Assembly: GCA_964423645.1 (NCBI GenBank)
Contig: CAYRFE010000008.1
Coordinates: 37,333 to 101,332 of the forward strand
Length of the DNA stretch: 64,000 nucleotides
From: an uncultured bacterium
GTDB lineage: Bacteria > Macinerneyibacteriota > Macinerneyibacteria > Macinerneyibacteriales > CAYRFE01
Reading direction: 5' to 3'
Shown: positions 39,211 through 48,191 of the stretch, piece after piece
Numbering within the stretch: position 1 is the stretch's first letter
Layout: each line of letters begins with the position of its first letter
The notes under the pieces: generated by a model
Seen by the model: only the letters and a program-made list of their open reading frames with translations
Database searches by the model: none
Told to the model about the DNA's origin: nothing
Made by a program: the position numbers and the translations under genes

Positions 39211-39600
39211 TTAACGTTTCGAGAACTGGAAGCGTCTGCGCGCACCGCGTTGTCCGTATTTCTTACGTTCTTTCATTCTCGGATCACGTTTCAGAAATCC
39301 GGCTTTTTTCAATACAGGACGCAATGTTTCATCCATTTTAACCAAAGCACGTGCAAGACCATGGCGTATTGCTCCCGCCTGACCGCTCAAACCACCACCA
39401 TGAACATTAATATGTACATCATAACGACTTAACATATTTAATACTGCAAGTGGGCTTTTCACGACATCCTGATACGCACCAACGGTAAAATATTGTCCCA
39501 TTTCAAGTTTATTGATGGTAACAAGTCCTTTTCCGGTCAATAAACGAACACGGGCAACTGCAGTTTTACGACGTCCTGTTCCCCAGTATACTGTTGTCAC
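39211..39600 (-). CDS. rpsI: 30S ribosomal protein S9
   Basis: [32 protein letters not shown]...FQFSKR. Confidence 0.99.
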   Translation of the reverse strand: MTTVYWGTGRRKTAVARVRLLTGKGLVTINKLEMGQYFTVGAYQDVVKSPLAVLNMLSRYDVHINVHGGGLSGQAGAIRHGLARALVKMDETLRPVLKKAGFLKRDPRMKERKKYGQRGARRRFQFSKR

Positions 39601-39621
39601 ACTACCCCTCCCTTCTTTACG

Positions 39622-40059
39622 TTATTTTGTAACTTTGATCAATTCCGGCTGTTGAGCCGCATGACCGTGTTCAGCACCTTCAAACACCTTAAGACGCGTG
39701 AGCATACGATCACCGAGTTTGTTTTTCGGAAGCATACCGCGTACGGCCTTCGAAACAACAAATTCCGGTTTTTCACGCATGAGACTGTCATAACGGCGTT
39801 CAGTCAATCCGCCCGGATAACCTGAGTGGCGATAATAAAATTTTTGAGTCAATTTATTACCTGTCAATCGTACCTTCGCCGCATTAATAATAACTACATA
39901 ATCACCGGTATCGACCATCGGTGAAAACATAGGCTTATTTTTGCCGCGGAGAATAAGCGCCACTCTCGATGCCAAACGACCAAGAACTTCGTTGCTGGCA
40001 TCCACGACATACCACTTACGCTGTATGTCTTCTTTTTTTGGCAAAAAACTTTTCATCAT
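39622..40059 (-). CDS. rplM: 50S ribosomal protein L13
   Basis: WYVVDA...LGRLAS, DTGDYVV, YRHSGYPGG, VRGMLPKN. Confidence 0.99.
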   Translation of the reverse strand: MMKSFLPKKEDIQRKWYVVDASNEVLGRLASRVALILRGKNKPMFSPMVDTGDYVVIINAAKVRLTGNKLTQKFYYRHSGYPGGLTERRYDSLMREKPEFVVSKAVRGMLPKNKLGDRMLTRLKVFEGAEHGHAAQQPELIKVTK

Positions 40060-40112
40060 ACCCTCCTTACACTGGATATACTTCGCCCACTGATGCATTA
40101 TCGCTCGGTCAT

Positions 40113-40139
40113 ATTATAAGCATCGCATTTTAATGTCAA
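40113..40139 (-). promoter_or_regulatory. Putative rplM operon promoter TTGACA-N15-TATAAT
   Basis: Consensus hexamers but a short spacer. Confidence 0.45.
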
Positions 40140-40408
40140 GAAAAAAACACGCTATCTGCCTGCCATAATACAAAATACTTGTTATTTCGCGTGTTTCTTC
40201 GAAAAAATGGATTTTCCGCTGCTCATTCAAATTTTTTCTAAAAATTTTCACCATCATAAAAAAAAGAGCGCATTTCGGCATCTTTGAACAAACAGCATGA
40301 TTGGTTCATACAAACTATCTTTAACTTTCCCCATGTATTCATTATTTTTACGTTCATTTTCATCTGTATATATGCTATAATAAACAATAAAATTACGGAG
40401 GTAGAGTC

Positions 40409-41272
40409 ATGCCGGATTTATCAGCTATAATGAGTAAAGTTCAGGAATTACCCACACTTCCCGATGTCAGTATGAAAATCTTAAAACTTGTCAATGAAAG
40501 TTCAACGTCTACTCAATCGCTTGCAAAAATAATTGAACGAGATCCCGCATTGGCAACGAAGATCTTAAAATTCATTAACTCCGCATATTTTTCACTTTCA
40601 AGGAAAATAACCAATATACAACAAGCGGTTACCTACCTTGGATTTCATCACATATCACAGTTGGTCATATCAGTTACAATTTTCAGTAAAATGGATTTTT
40701 CAAACGGAGTATTTTCCATGGAGAATTTCTGGATTCACAGCATGTTTGTGGCTGATTACAGCAAAATCCTTGCGATCGTGTCAAAAAAAACAAACCCGGA
40801 TGATGCCTACACCGCCGGGCTGTTGCATGATATCGGAAAAATGTTTTTGATAAAATATTTGACTCCGAATATGGAGGATATTCTTTCAACGGCATTTACA
40901 AATAAATCATTTTTATATGACGAAGAATATGCAAAAATGAAAATAGACCACAATATGACCGGAGAATGGTTATCGAAAAACTGGAAACTTCCCGGATATA
41001 TTTGTGATGCATGTCACTATCATAATATGCCGTTTGAAAAACGAAAGCATGTCTCAATGCTTGATCCGGGACTCGTTAATTGCGTCTCGTTAGCAAATAA
41101 ATTAATGAATATAAAACTGAAAGGCTATAGCGGAAGCTATGGAGAATACACGATCGAAAAGGCAGAACTTGATGCGTTGGGTGTAAGCGTCACGGATCTT
41201 GTACAATACGAATCGGGTATGGAAGCTCGCCTTCAAAGCGCAAAAGAGATGTTACATATTATCAAGGAATAA
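40409..41272 (+). CDS. HDOD domain-containing protein
   Basis: LPTLP, DPALATKILKFINSAYF, FWIHS, AGLLHDIGK, DHNMTG..L..NWKLP. Confidence 0.93.
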   Translation: MPDLSAIMSKVQELPTLPDVSMKILKLVNESSTSTQSLAKIIERDPALATKILKFINSAYFSLSRKITNIQQAVTYLGFHHISQLVISVTIFSKMDFSNGVFSMENFWIHSMFVADYSKILAIVSKKTNPDDAYTAGLLHDIGKMFLIKYLTPNMEDILSTAFTNKSFLYDEEYAKMKIDHNMTGEWLSKNWKLPGYICDACHYHNMPFEKRKHVSMLDPGLVNCVSLANKLMNIKLKGYSGSYGEYTIEKAELDALGVSVTDLVQYESGMEARLQSAKEMLHIIKE

Positions 41273-41296
41273 TTCGGAACCGCTTATACGTTTTTT

Positions 41297-42256
41297 CTAT
41301 TCGAAGTATGAATCATATATTATTTCTTTTATTTGATAGACCGTAAGGAAATCGTCCCTTTTGCAATCAAAGATCTCCAAATGCAGATGCTCTCCCTTGT
41401 TTGGTTTACGCGCATTGATACCGGTATTGCCACCTTGCCCCAAAAGGGTACCGGAGCGAACTATTTGTCCGGGCACGACGACGACATTATACATATGAAA
41501 ATAAAAATAATATCGTTCTGAAAAAGGATCGAACACAATGACACCATTGCCGCTGTGGGGGCTTAAACCGCCTGCATTTGTCGTGACATCGCTCGTCCAT
41601 TCCCGAGCAGCGGCTACTATGATTCCCGGTGTATACGAATAGATTGAAGGTCCTATCTGCTCATCTCCGAGTATTTTTGTTTCGGTAAAAAACAAATCAA
41701 GTGCCGTTTGATGCCCCTCCCGTAAACGATACGTAAGAGGGCGAAAAAACATTCCTTCATCAACAATCCGTGTAGAATAATAGTGCGGAATAGTATCAGC
41801 GCTCCATGCATAATACATACTGAATAACGCATGGTATCGTTTTCTGTTTTGAAACGCATCAGAGCGTAATACAAGGAGCTTTCTATAAAAATCGCCGTAA
41901 CTCCCTTTTTCTTGAGCGAATATGGTGCATTTTTGGCGTATGAACTCTTCAGAGGCCAACATTGCATATATGAAAACAGCGGGGGGGCATATCTGGGCTC
42001 CGACTTCTTGACGTACAACAATTCCGCGCTGAATCGCTTCATACGTCGTGAGCATCTGGTGTTCATATTCACTGTCCGATAACTTTACCATATACGAGTA
42101 TTCAAGATCGGAAAATAAAACATCCCGCTCTCGCATTACATTAATTACGACGCGCATTTCATCAGAAACGTAAGTATTTATCATGACAAAAAACGAAGCT
42201 AATACAAAAAACCATACGGTTATTTTTAAAATAATTATTTTAACATGAGCAGTCAT
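41297..42256 (-). CDS. M23 family metallopeptidase with N-terminal TM anchor
   Basis: HQTALDLF, GNGVIV, YFHM, GNTG, HLHLEI. Confidence 0.75.
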   Translation of the reverse strand: MTAHVKIIILKITVWFFVLASFFVMINTYVSDEMRVVINVMRERDVLFSDLEYSYMVKLSDSEYEHQMLTTYEAIQRGIVVRQEVGAQICPPAVFIYAMLASEEFIRQKCTIFAQEKGSYGDFYRKLLVLRSDAFQNRKRYHALFSMYYAWSADTIPHYYSTRIVDEGMFFRPLTYRLREGHQTALDLFFTETKILGDEQIGPSIYSYTPGIIVAAAREWTSDVTTNAGGLSPHSGNGVIVFDPFSERYYFYFHMYNVVVVPGQIVRSGTLLGQGGNTGINARKPNKGEHLHLEIFDCKRDDFLTVYQIKEIIYDSYFE

Positions 42257-42262
42257 ACAGAG

Positions 42263-42291
42263 AGCATAGTTTTTAAAAACGGTTTTGTCAA
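42263..42291 (-). promoter_or_regulatory. Putative promoter TTGACA-N17-TATGCT, 6 nt before ATG 42256 (leaderless geometry)
   Basis: Direct reading on the minus strand. Confidence 0.65.
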
Positions 42292-42349
42292 TTACTTCTC
42301 CCATTATTTATATTTTTTTTCATCTGTATGGCAATTCAGACTCAACAAG

Positions 42350-42378
42350 TTGACAATGCCGCGTATATCTGATATGAT
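42350..42378 (+). promoter_or_regulatory. Putative promoter TTGACA-N17-TATGAT
   Basis: Upstream of the GGAGG SD of the nitroreductase. Confidence 0.65.
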
Positions 42379-42406
42379 AACAATTCATATAGTATGGAGG
42401 GTGTAT

Positions 42407-42973
42407 ATGGAAGTTCAAAATGCACTACATGATCGTCGTTCATATCGTGCACTCGATACATGTAAATTTTCTGATTTCATTATTCATGAACTTGCCACAG
42501 CAGCGTCGCTTGCACCGTCGTGTTTTAATAATCAACCGTGGCGTTTTGTTTTTGTATCGAATGAATTACTCCTCAAAGAAATGCATTCGGTGTATTCGCC
42601 TGGGAATGAATGGGCAAGCGCAGGGTCCGGTGTAATAGCCGTGCTTTCCAAAAAAGAGCTGGATTGCATCATCGGAGATCGATTATATTATCAATTCGAT
42701 ACCGGCATTGCCGTAGGGCTTTTGATGTTACGAGCTGTTGAATTGGGACTGGTCACTCATGCGATCGCAGGATTCAACGTCGAAAAAACACGAAAATTGC
42801 TTGCGGTCCCTCAGGATTATGACATTATCACGCTTATTATTGTGGGGGCAAAAGGCAAATCGGATAATCCGCTCCTCACTGATGCACAAAAAGAAGCCGA
42901 GTCGGTTCGTCCTCAACGTAAAAATATTGACGAGATTCGTTTTATAAATAAATATTCTCAGGATAAAGGATGA
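42407..42973 (+). CDS. Nitroreductase family protein
   Basis: RRSYR, APSCFNNQPWRFV, DTGIA, GLVTHAIAGF, RPQRK. Confidence 0.93.
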   Translation: MEVQNALHDRRSYRALDTCKFSDFIIHELATAASLAPSCFNNQPWRFVFVSNELLLKEMHSVYSPGNEWASAGSGVIAVLSKKELDCIIGDRLYYQFDTGIAVGLLMLRAVELGLVTHAIAGFNVEKTRKLLAVPQDYDIITLIIVGAKGKSDNPLLTDAQKEAESVRPQRKNIDEIRFINKYSQDKG

Positions 42974-42979
42974 TACTCT

Positions 42980-44122
42980 ATGGAAAATCGTAAAATTTTG
43001 TATATTGAAGATGATTCGTTGATCATGGAACTCTTTCGCGCCTCATTTGAACAATTTCTTCCTCATACTACTTTTTACGGTGCATCAACCGGGAAAGAAG
43101 GATTAGAAATTGCCCGTACAATTCACCCTCATCTGATAATGCTTGACATGGGGCTCCCCGATATGGCGGGTATTGATATTTTGATCGAACTAAAAAAAGA
43201 TCCTCACTTTACGGCTACACCCGTTATCGTCGTAACCGGCAGTACTGACTCTGACGATAAAATGGCGGCTCTGGAAAACGGAGCGATTGATTTCTTGAGT
43301 AAGCCCTGCAATATTCGAGAACTTATTGCTCGGATCACACTGCATTTACGGCAGATCGACTACATACAAAAAATAGAAGAAAAAAACGCCCAATTGGAAG
43401 AGGATCTTGAAGCGGGAAGAAAAATTCAATTTAAACTGTTGCCCCCTAAGCAAAGAGAGATCGGGCCGTTCACCTTCAACGGTTTTCTCTTCCCCTCGAT
43501 GCACTTAAGCGGAGATTTTTTAGATTATTTTCCAATTGATGAACGTTATACCGGTTTTTATATTGCAGATGTTTCAGGACACGGCGTATCATCTGCATTT
43601 GTAACGGTCTTTTTGAAAAGCTTTGTACAAAATGCCCTTGAGCAGTACCATGGAGGCGTCGAGAAAGATATTATTAATCCCGATAAATTGTGTTCAAAAC
43701 TTAACAGGAATCTGCTGGATGAACGTCTCGGTAAATATATGACCGCTTTTTATGCTGTTATGGATTCCCAGACAAACACATTGACCTACACCATAGCAGG
43801 TCAATATCCGTTTCCTATTATCACTCACATGGGTTCTACTCGATATCTTTCCGGCACGAATGTTCCATTAGGCTTGTTCCCGCAATCAGAATATAGTGCC
43901 GAAACTATTTCATTGGATGATATACATGAAATAATTCTCATATCTGACGGTGTTCTCGAGATACTTCCTCACCCTACTTTACGTGAAAAACAAAGTTTTT
44001 TATTGAACATCACACAAAAGACTGATATAACCATTGATAGCTTGGTTGAAGCATTCGGCTTACAAGAAAGAACCTCGTTACCGGATGATATAACGTTTTT
44101 ACTTGTCCAAAGGAGGAAATGA
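42980..44122 (+). CDS. Response regulator receiver fused to SpoIIE/PP2C phosphatase (RssB/RsbU-like)
   Basis: Receiver (EDD, LDMGLPD, KP), coiled coil, ADVSGHG, SDG, DDIT. Confidence 0.92.
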   Translation: MENRKILYIEDDSLIMELFRASFEQFLPHTTFYGASTGKEGLEIARTIHPHLIMLDMGLPDMAGIDILIELKKDPHFTATPVIVVTGSTDSDDKMAALENGAIDFLSKPCNIRELIARITLHLRQIDYIQKIEEKNAQLEEDLEAGRKIQFKLLPPKQREIGPFTFNGFLFPSMHLSGDFLDYFPIDERYTGFYIADVSGHGVSSAFVTVFLKSFVQNALEQYHGGVEKDIINPDKLCSKLNRNLLDERLGKYMTAFYAVMDSQTNTLTYTIAGQYPFPIITHMGSTRYLSGTNVPLGLFPQSEYSAETISLDDIHEIILISDGVLEILPHPTLREKQSFLLNITQKTDITIDSLVEAFGLQERTSLPDDITFLLVQRRK

Positions 44123-44617
44123 ATGAATCCCGGAAAAATTGTATATGCGCAACATAACAGTATGTATATTATTAAAATGATTGGCACAATAAAATACACA
44201 CTGAGTTCTGATTTCGATGTTTTTATTGAGAAAATATTTCACTCTAAAAATTTTTCTAGCATTGTCATTGATATGAGCGAGACAGAATACATCGACAGCA
44301 CCAATTTGGGATTACTCGCAAAGATTGCCAACTATATGTTTGAGCATTTTCATCAAAAGGTCACTATTATCTCTACCAATGATGATGTCTGCGCAATCCT
44401 GCATAGCGTAGGCTTTACCAAAATTTTTTCGATTATTGAGAAACCGTTAAGCTGTGCCGTGAAAATGAATGATCTTGAACCAACTCAAGCCGGAAGCGAA
44501 TATCTTGGAAAAGTATTACTCGAGGCTCATGAATTTCTGGCCGGAATTGATGCTCATAATAACGAGGTTTTTAAAAACGTGATCGATGTACTCAAAAAAA
44601 ATCAAACCGGTGTATAA
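44123..44617 (+). CDS. STAS-domain anti-anti-sigma-like protein (RssC-like)
   Basis: IDMSETEYIDSTNLGLLAKI with a phosphorylatable Ser; C-terminal EAHEFL..ID..N. Confidence 0.85.
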   Translation: MNPGKIVYAQHNSMYIIKMIGTIKYTLSSDFDVFIEKIFHSKNFSSIVIDMSETEYIDSTNLGLLAKIANYMFEHFHQKVTIISTNDDVCAILHSVGFTKIFSIIEKPLSCAVKMNDLEPTQAGSEYLGKVLLEAHEFLAGIDAHNNEVFKNVIDVLKKNQTGV

Positions 44618-44644
44618 ATCAATCTCATGAACACAGGAGAATAT

Positions 44645-45121
44645 ATGAAAAATATTATCAGTATCATATGCTTTGTTATACTGACACACACATTGTGTGC
44701 GCAATCGGTCAACAAAGGAAATCTTATTTTTATTCACACTGAACGTGATACCAACACGCTGAAAAGTAATGATACGCTCGCGACCGATATGTTTTACATC
44801 ATTGATGGAGATGAATCAAAAGGCGAAGTTATCCTTACATTCAATCTTACCGAAAATTACAAAGAAGCATATCTGATTGTAAATATCCCGGACAGAGAAT
44901 GGGCAGAAACCAATGACGGATTTGATATATTCTTAAAGGACAAAAAAGTAGCGTCGATCTCATCCGCCGCACGAAACAGTTGGCTTGAGATTAAACTCGA
45001 CCATACCCTGTTACCGGCTTCAGGAACGGTTGAATTTACACTACGATCAATAAAAAATGACGGATTATACATCTGTTCCAAGAAAAGCGGGAAGGGCGCC
45101 GTTTTAAAAGTCGTTCAATAA
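44645..45121 (+). CDS. Exported beta-rich hypothetical protein
   Basis: Signal peptide ending LCA-Q; SD ACAGGAG. Confidence 0.6.
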   Translation: MKNIISIICFVILTHTLCAQSVNKGNLIFIHTERDTNTLKSNDTLATDMFYIIDGDESKGEVILTFNLTENYKEAYLIVNIPDREWAETNDGFDIFLKDKKVASISSAARNSWLEIKLDHTLLPASGTVEFTLRSIKNDGLYICSKKSGKGAVLKVVQ

Positions 45122-45271
45122 CAGTTTCGGAATATTTTGTTGTTTTTACACGGCAAAAGCGGAAATGACGTAATAAGTTACATTGTTTAGTGTCCTTTTT
45201 TTGTATCAATACACGAAATGAGCATATAAGGAATTTCTCCGTCGATCATGAGCATAGATTCAAGCACAGAG

Positions 45272-45436
45272 CGAATTCTTCGCAAAACTTGATAATTTAC
45301 ATTTCTTTATTTTTCGTAAATAGGGGTGTGGGGACGAAGTCCCCACTATACTAGAATATAAAGCCCTTCCCAAAAAGAAAAGGGGGCGGTTTGGGGTGGG
45401 TACAATTCATAAAAATAGTAATTGTATAAAGCTCTC
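45272..45436 (-). mobile_element. MITE copy E (degenerate short form, no REP cargo)
   Basis: TAGGGGTGTGGGGACGAAGT and GGTTTGGGGTGGGTACAA blocks; end TATAAAGCTCTC. Confidence 0.65.
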
Positions 45437-45577
45437 ATAGTACAAGTAACAAATCTTCACATTTTATGCGTAGAGGTTGTGGATGATACAACTCTAAAAA
45501 TATAGTGGTTTTATAAAGATCTAACTCATGCCCCGTTTCACCCATGCGGTTCTGAATATAATGCCCTGAAAAACAAC

Positions 45578-45602
45578 AAGCCCCTTCATAACAAAGGGGC
45601 TT
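45578..45602 (-). terminator. Intrinsic terminator-like hairpin after the SPFH gene
   Basis: AAGCCCCTT...AAGGGGCTT. Confidence 0.6.
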
Positions 45603-45626
45603 GGGCGTAACATGAGTGAGAATATG

Positions 45627-46601
45627 TTACTTTTTATCGCTGTTGAACATTGTTTTAATTGCTTCAAGTGAACTCAAGACACCCGTTGCTTCATAGGGCA
45701 TCAGCACGGTCTTATCACCATGTTTAATCATTTCTCGATATGCTTCAATATATTTCACCGCGATCAAATAATCGCCCGGTTTGGTTCCGGTGCTACCGAT
45801 CGCGGCACTAACTTTTGTTATTGCGACAGACTCGGCTTCAGCAATCTTAATACGAGCTTCGGCAAAACCTTCTGCATCAAGAATCTTTTGTTGCTTGCTT
45901 GCTTCAGCCTCAAGGATGACCGCCTCTTTTGCACCCTCAGCCTTAAGAATCGCAGAGTTTTTCATACCTTCGGCTTCAAGTATCATCGCACGTTTATCAC
46001 GCTCGGCTCGCATTTGTTTTTCCATCGCGCTACGAATCTCTTCCGGAGGTGTAATATCTTTCAATTCAACACGGTTAACCTTAACTCCCCATTTATCGGT
46101 GGCCTCATCCAATATTGTACGCAATTCAAAGTTAATAGTGTCACGACTGACGAGTGTTTCGTCAAGTGTCATTTTACCGGTGATATTACGCAGTGTTGTT
46201 TGAGTAAGTTTTTCGATCGCTTCAGAAAGATTTTCAATTTCATACATCGCTTTCTGCGGATCAGTTATCTGAAAATATAACAACGCATCTATTTCGAGAG
46301 TAACATTGTCCTTCGTGATAACATTCTGACGCGGAAAATCGTATACTGATTCACGAAGATCAATACGAGTGACTGTTCTGAGAGTTGCATAATGTTGCCC
46401 TTGGTACATTTGAACTTTTTTAACCTTCATTGCACGCGGTTTATCGAGAATCGGAAATATGATATGAATACCGCTATCAAGAAGACGATGAAAGCGCCCC
46501 AAACGCTCGATTACCATAACCTCGGCCTGTTGCACGACCACAATACTTTTCATGCCGAAAAAGAACACGAAAATACCGATAACAATTAACAATGTACCCA
46601 T
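45627..46601 (-). CDS. SPFH/Band 7 (QmcA/stomatin-like) protein
   Basis: VIERLGRF, VITKDNV, TTLRN..G...LDETL..RD.IN, WGVKVNRVE, QMRAERDKRA. Confidence 0.95.
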   Translation of the reverse strand: MGTLLIVIGIFVFFFGMKSIVVVQQAEVMVIERLGRFHRLLDSGIHIIFPILDKPRAMKVKKVQMYQGQHYATLRTVTRIDLRESVYDFPRQNVITKDNVTLEIDALLYFQITDPQKAMYEIENLSEAIEKLTQTTLRNITGKMTLDETLVSRDTINFELRTILDEATDKWGVKVNRVELKDITPPEEIRSAMEKQMRAERDKRAMILEAEGMKNSAILKAEGAKEAVILEAEASKQQKILDAEGFAEARIKIAEAESVAITKVSAAIGSTGTKPGDYLIAVKYIEAYREMIKHGDKTVLMPYEATGVLSSLEAIKTMFNSDKK

Positions 46602-46616
46602 AACGCTACCTCCTCT

Positions 46617-47057
46617 TTATTCTACAACGACAACAAATACTTTATTGCCCTCTGTCTTCACAATTCGAACTTTTTCAGCTTTTTTGATTTTGATTCCGTC
46701 AAGTGATACCGCCCTCCAGACATCGCCATACACTTTCACATACCCGGTACCATTATCATTATCAATTGCCTCAGAAACAATGACAACCTGTCCGACGGTT
46801 GCCGAAAAATTGGTCTCTGTTTTCTTTTTTTCTTTGAAAAAATATTTCACTGCTATTTTTCGCAAAAATGCAAACATGACAAAATTCATAATAAAAAACC
46901 CGAACCATTGAATGATTTGTTGTTCAGGTGCGATCAACGCTATGACTGACGTACACAACGCTGCGACCGCGACGCTGCCTGAAAAAAATCCGGGAGTGAA
47001 AATCTCAATAATCATCATTACAACAGCAAAAATAAGCCACATATACACCGGCTCCAT
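46617..47057 (-). CDS. NfeD-like (YbbJ) membrane protein
   Basis: IEIFTPGFF, OB-fold GYVKVYGDVWRA; canonical SPFH partner. Confidence 0.9.
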   Translation of the reverse strand: MEPVYMWLIFAVVMMIIEIFTPGFFSGSVAVAALCTSVIALIAPEQQIIQWFGFFIMNFVMFAFLRKIAVKYFFKEKKKTETNFSATVGQVVIVSEAIDNDNGTGYVKVYGDVWRAVSLDGIKIKKAEKVRIVKTEGNKVFVVVVE

Positions 47058-47069
47058 ACGTCACCCTCC

Positions 47070-47861
47070 TTATCGTGCAACATGAAATCGAGGCGGCATT
47101 TCTTTTTTATGTCCGCTCATTTGCATGAGTTGTTGCAACCTTTTGTTTATCGTATCACTGTCTTTGTCAATTGTCAACAATTTATTTTCCGGTAATGTAT
47201 ATATTTGACGTAATCCGTATTCCATTTCGTCGTAGCTTAATCCTATTTCGCCCTCATCGGTTTGTCCGGCCCACAGACCACCCGAAGGGATACGGGTGAT
47301 GATCGTATCGGTTACCCCTAATACTCGAGCCAACTCGATAACCTCAGATTTAAAAAGGTCAACGATAGGAAGCAGATCAACTCCTCCGTCGCCGTATTTG
47401 GTAAAATAACCCAATTCTGATTCTGTACGATTGCCGGTACCCAAAACCAAAGAACGTCGTGTTTGCGCATAATAATATAAGGTGATCATTCTCATGCGTG
47501 ACTTGGTATTTGCCAAAGCAAGTTTATGATTTTTTTCAGATACCGTTGATAGGTCAGCACTTACGCGATCATTACCGGTAAGACGACAAAATACATCAAA
47601 CATCGGCTCAAAATTTATTATTGTATATGGTATTGCGTAAATATCACACAATTCACGAGCATATAACTCATCCTCTTTTCCGTTCCCGCACGGAAGTATA
47701 ACCCCAAACACTGATGCAGGAAACGCTTCTTGCGCAAGTCGAACGACCACTGCAGAGTCAAGCCCACCTGATACTCCCACAACTACACCTTGACAGCCTG
47801 CCGCCGTAACTTTTTCACGAAGCCACGCAATAATATCATTTTTCAATTGCTGATAATTCAT
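47070..47861 (-). CDS. nadE: NH3-dependent NAD+ synthetase
   Basis: GVSGGLDSAV, NTKSRMRM..LY, GTGN.TE..LGYFTKYGDG, PSGGLWAGQTDE. Confidence 0.96.
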   Translation of the reverse strand: MNYQQLKNDIIAWLREKVTAAGCQGVVVGVSGGLDSAVVVRLAQEAFPASVFGVILPCGNGKEDELYARELCDIYAIPYTIINFEPMFDVFCRLTGNDRVSADLSTVSEKNHKLALANTKSRMRMITLYYYAQTRRSLVLGTGNRTESELGYFTKYGDGGVDLLPIVDLFKSEVIELARVLGVTDTIITRIPSGGLWAGQTDEGEIGLSYDEMEYGLRQIYTLPENKLLTIDKDSDTINKRLQQLMQMSGHKKEMPPRFHVAR

Positions 47862-48187
47862 CCCAACTCCTTTACCCAGCCGCTTGGACTTTTTCGCCAT
47901 CCCTTTAGTTGGTAGACAATCCCCTTAATACCCGGCAATGCTTTAATTTCTTTGTCAAGAGCCGTCAAGGCAAAACGATATTCACTATCAAGCTTTTCCT
48001 GAAGCATATCTTTTGAAAATTTAAAATCCCTCATGGTCTTTGCCATTGTAATATCTTGCCGATGTAATTCACCTTTCATGTAAATAACTCCGTTAAAAAC
48101 GCCAATATTGAGCATGTTGGTATCAAAACCGATACTTACTATTGTACGACGAACCATTGAGGTAAGTTGAAAATCAGACATAGCCAT
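47858..48187 (-). CDS. Small hypothetical protein, possibly BON-like fold
   Basis: Operon-embedded 109-aa ORF; alpha-beta-beta-alpha-beta pattern (GVIYMKG; IKALPGIKGI). Confidence 0.55.
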   Translation of the reverse strand: MAMSDFQLTSMVRRTIVSIGFDTNMLNIGVFNGVIYMKGELHRQDITMAKTMRDFKFSKDMLQEKLDSEYRFALTALDKEIKALPGIKGIVYQLKGWRKSPSGWVKELG

Positions 48188-48191
48188 GATA

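Noticed and set aside
4266-45436. Dispersed repeats as a CRISPR array
   Set aside because: Copies are about 200 bp, dispersed and in both orientations, with no regular repeat-spacer periodicity and no cas genes.
45122-45626. Possible structured ncRNA between convergent genes
   Set aside because: Explained by MITE copy E, a further end-like remnant (~45505-45522) and a terminator; no recognisable RNA family motif.
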